From Octopus sinensis (Eukaryota), in contig NW_021835841.1 in NCBI RefSeq assembly GCF_006345805.1, positions 1 through 38,156 on the forward strand: DNA of 38,156 nt. Reading direction: 5' to 3'. Below the pieces are notes generated by a model. It was not told where the DNA came from. It did not search any database and was given only the letters and a program-made list of their open reading frames with translations. A program made the translations under genes and the position numbers. Positions within the stretch are counted from its first letter, which is position 1. The number at the start of each line of letters is the position of its first letter. This document shows positions 36,424-38,156 of this stretch, piece by piece.

Positions 36424-36840
36424 TGTATATATGTATATATATATAAATGCTTGTGTAGTGTGTATGTATCTCGGTGGGGGTGGCTATTTTGATCAAGACA
36501 AAATACAAGTTAAGAAAGGCCTCATGTGTCTATGGTCTTATCTTATCTTGTATTTCAGTATTTCAGTGTCAGTGTATCTTTGGGAGGTCGTTAGAGAAAA
36601 AGGTCTTTTTAGCTGAATTTTCCTCGTCTCCAGTGTGAATGTAGAAGAAATGTCCTTTTGTGTTGCTATGGTAACCAATCATTTGTGTGCAGTTCAGTTT
36701 TCTTGTTAATAAATGTCCCCAATGTTCCTTTCTGTAGCTTGAATGGGAACTCTGCTGTTTGACTGGCATATCCCTGAGTTATCATTGACAGCTGAAGAAG
36801 TAGCACACGTATATTTGTTTGATGGTATTTCCCTATATAG

Positions 36841-36925
36841 AGGCGGCGAGCTGGCAGAAACGTTAGCACGCCGGGCGAAATGCGAAGCTGTATATTTCGT
36901 CTGCCGTTACGTTCTGAGTTCAAAT
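36841..36925 (+). mobile_element. SINE family C, head only
   Basis: GGCGGCGAGCTGGCAGAAACGTTAGCACGCCGGGCGAAATGC...GAGTTCAAAT. Confidence 0.85.
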
Positions 36926-37464
36926 GGGTCATCTGTGTGATTTAAATACAACAGAATGCACTAACTGTCTATTCTAGTTTGTTTATAAATTACATACCGA
37001 AAGATTATTCAAACTTTATGGAATATCTGGGACATCAATTCATTATAATGTGTATGATGTACCAGGAAAAAAGTAAATGACATTAGATGCATCGTCTAAT
37101 GTAATGTGGTGCTTATATTAAATAGCATTAAGTATCTTTAATGTGTCTTATAACACGACGTATAAACTATGACAACTAATTTTCGTTAAGTTTAAGTATA
37201 TATTCACTGAGAGAAAGGAGGTAAATTTGCCATAAATTGCGGTTCATTAGTTCGAGAAGTAGAAATGAAATCTTAATCTATGTCGTAGCATTTCTCGATG
37301 GTTGTTGGGTGATGAAATTTTGCGAGAGATGTGAGAAAATTTGTGCACTCGAAATGAAGCTGTTTATGCTATTTTCAGATCTTGATACAGGAATCTCTTG
37401 GGGAAATATATACGCCATCCCATGTATCCTTTAAAAGTACGGGTATAGCACATAGTATATAGAA

Positions 37465-37698
37465 AGGCGGCGAGCTAGCAGAATCGTTAGCACGTAGGGC
37501 GAAATGCTTAGCGGTATTTCGGCTGCCTTTACGTTGTGAGTTCAAATTCCGCCGAGGTCGACTTTGCCTTTCATCCTTTCGGGGTCGATAAATTAAGTAC
37601 CAGTTAAGCACTGGGGTCGATATAATCGACTTAATACCTATGTCTGTCCATGTTTGTCTCCTCTACGTTCAGCCCTTTCTGGGTAATAAAGAAATAGG
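37465..37698 (+). mobile_element. SINE family C monomer with tail 1
   Basis: Head, core GAGGTCGACTTTGCCTTTCATCCTTTCGGGGTCGATAAATTAAGTACCAG, tail CAGCCCTTTCTGGGTAATAAAGAAATAGG. Confidence 0.9.
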
Positions 37699-37849
37699 AT
37701 ATAGCACAGTTGTGCGGGCCATCGATTACATCCTCTGAGTATATCGTGATATTGTCATTATAACAAGGTTAGGTCATTGTGGGTCAAAGAATTAGATACG
37801 ACTCTCTGTGGAACCCTTCATTGTAGCTTGCATGCTTTACGATCTTACT

Positions 37850-38156
37850 TGACCTGGCTGAGATCATCCAAGCTTAGTGGACCTAGAGGATTCCTCGCGC
37901 GTAAGGCACACCAGGTCCACCACTGCACTCCATCGCTGGCAGTCCTCTGCCAGCTCCTCCGTACTCATACAGATGATGTCGGTGATTTGCAGACATTTCT
38001 TAACCACGTACAGCCATCTGCTGTAGAGGATTCGACGAGGCCTCTTCTAGCTTGATGCTTCTGCGTCGAATGAGAATAAGGCCATGGTAGGATGCCCTAG
38101 AAGGAGGCGGGTGTCAAGTCTGTACCAGAACATGCCACGGATAGTTATTAGACGAG
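37850..38156 (-). mobile_element. 3' fragment of an RTE-like LINE running off the window end
   Basis: HPTMALFSFDAEASS*KRPRRILYSRWLYVVKKCL...EELAEDCQRWSAVV (cf. WKRPRGRPRTRW...LAxDRxxWRxxV). Confidence 0.7.

Overview
AT-rich, microsatellite-dense eukaryotic (animal) intergenic or intronic DNA with no intact host gene visible. The SINE and microsatellite repertoire looks like a cephalopod (Octopus-type) genome; this is recognition, not a database result. Nearly all ORFs in the track are artefacts of (TA)n/(CA)n/(ATT)n/(GATA)n repeats or are read through SINEs. The window holds a decayed Penelope-like retroelement (RT + GIY-YIG), three decayed RTE-clade LINE pieces, at least 15 tRNA-derived SINE copies of four families, a rearranged mariner derivative, a Helitron 3' end, two retroposon 3' ends embedded in microsatellites and two hammerhead-like motifs. 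The most unusual locus is 25255-27593. There a ~1.7 kb segment is bounded by 177-bp inverted repeats with TTT on both outer sides and encodes decayed C2H2-like and tyrosine-recombinase-like motifs. It overlaps a ~974-bp near-perfect palindrome with a 5-nt loop.
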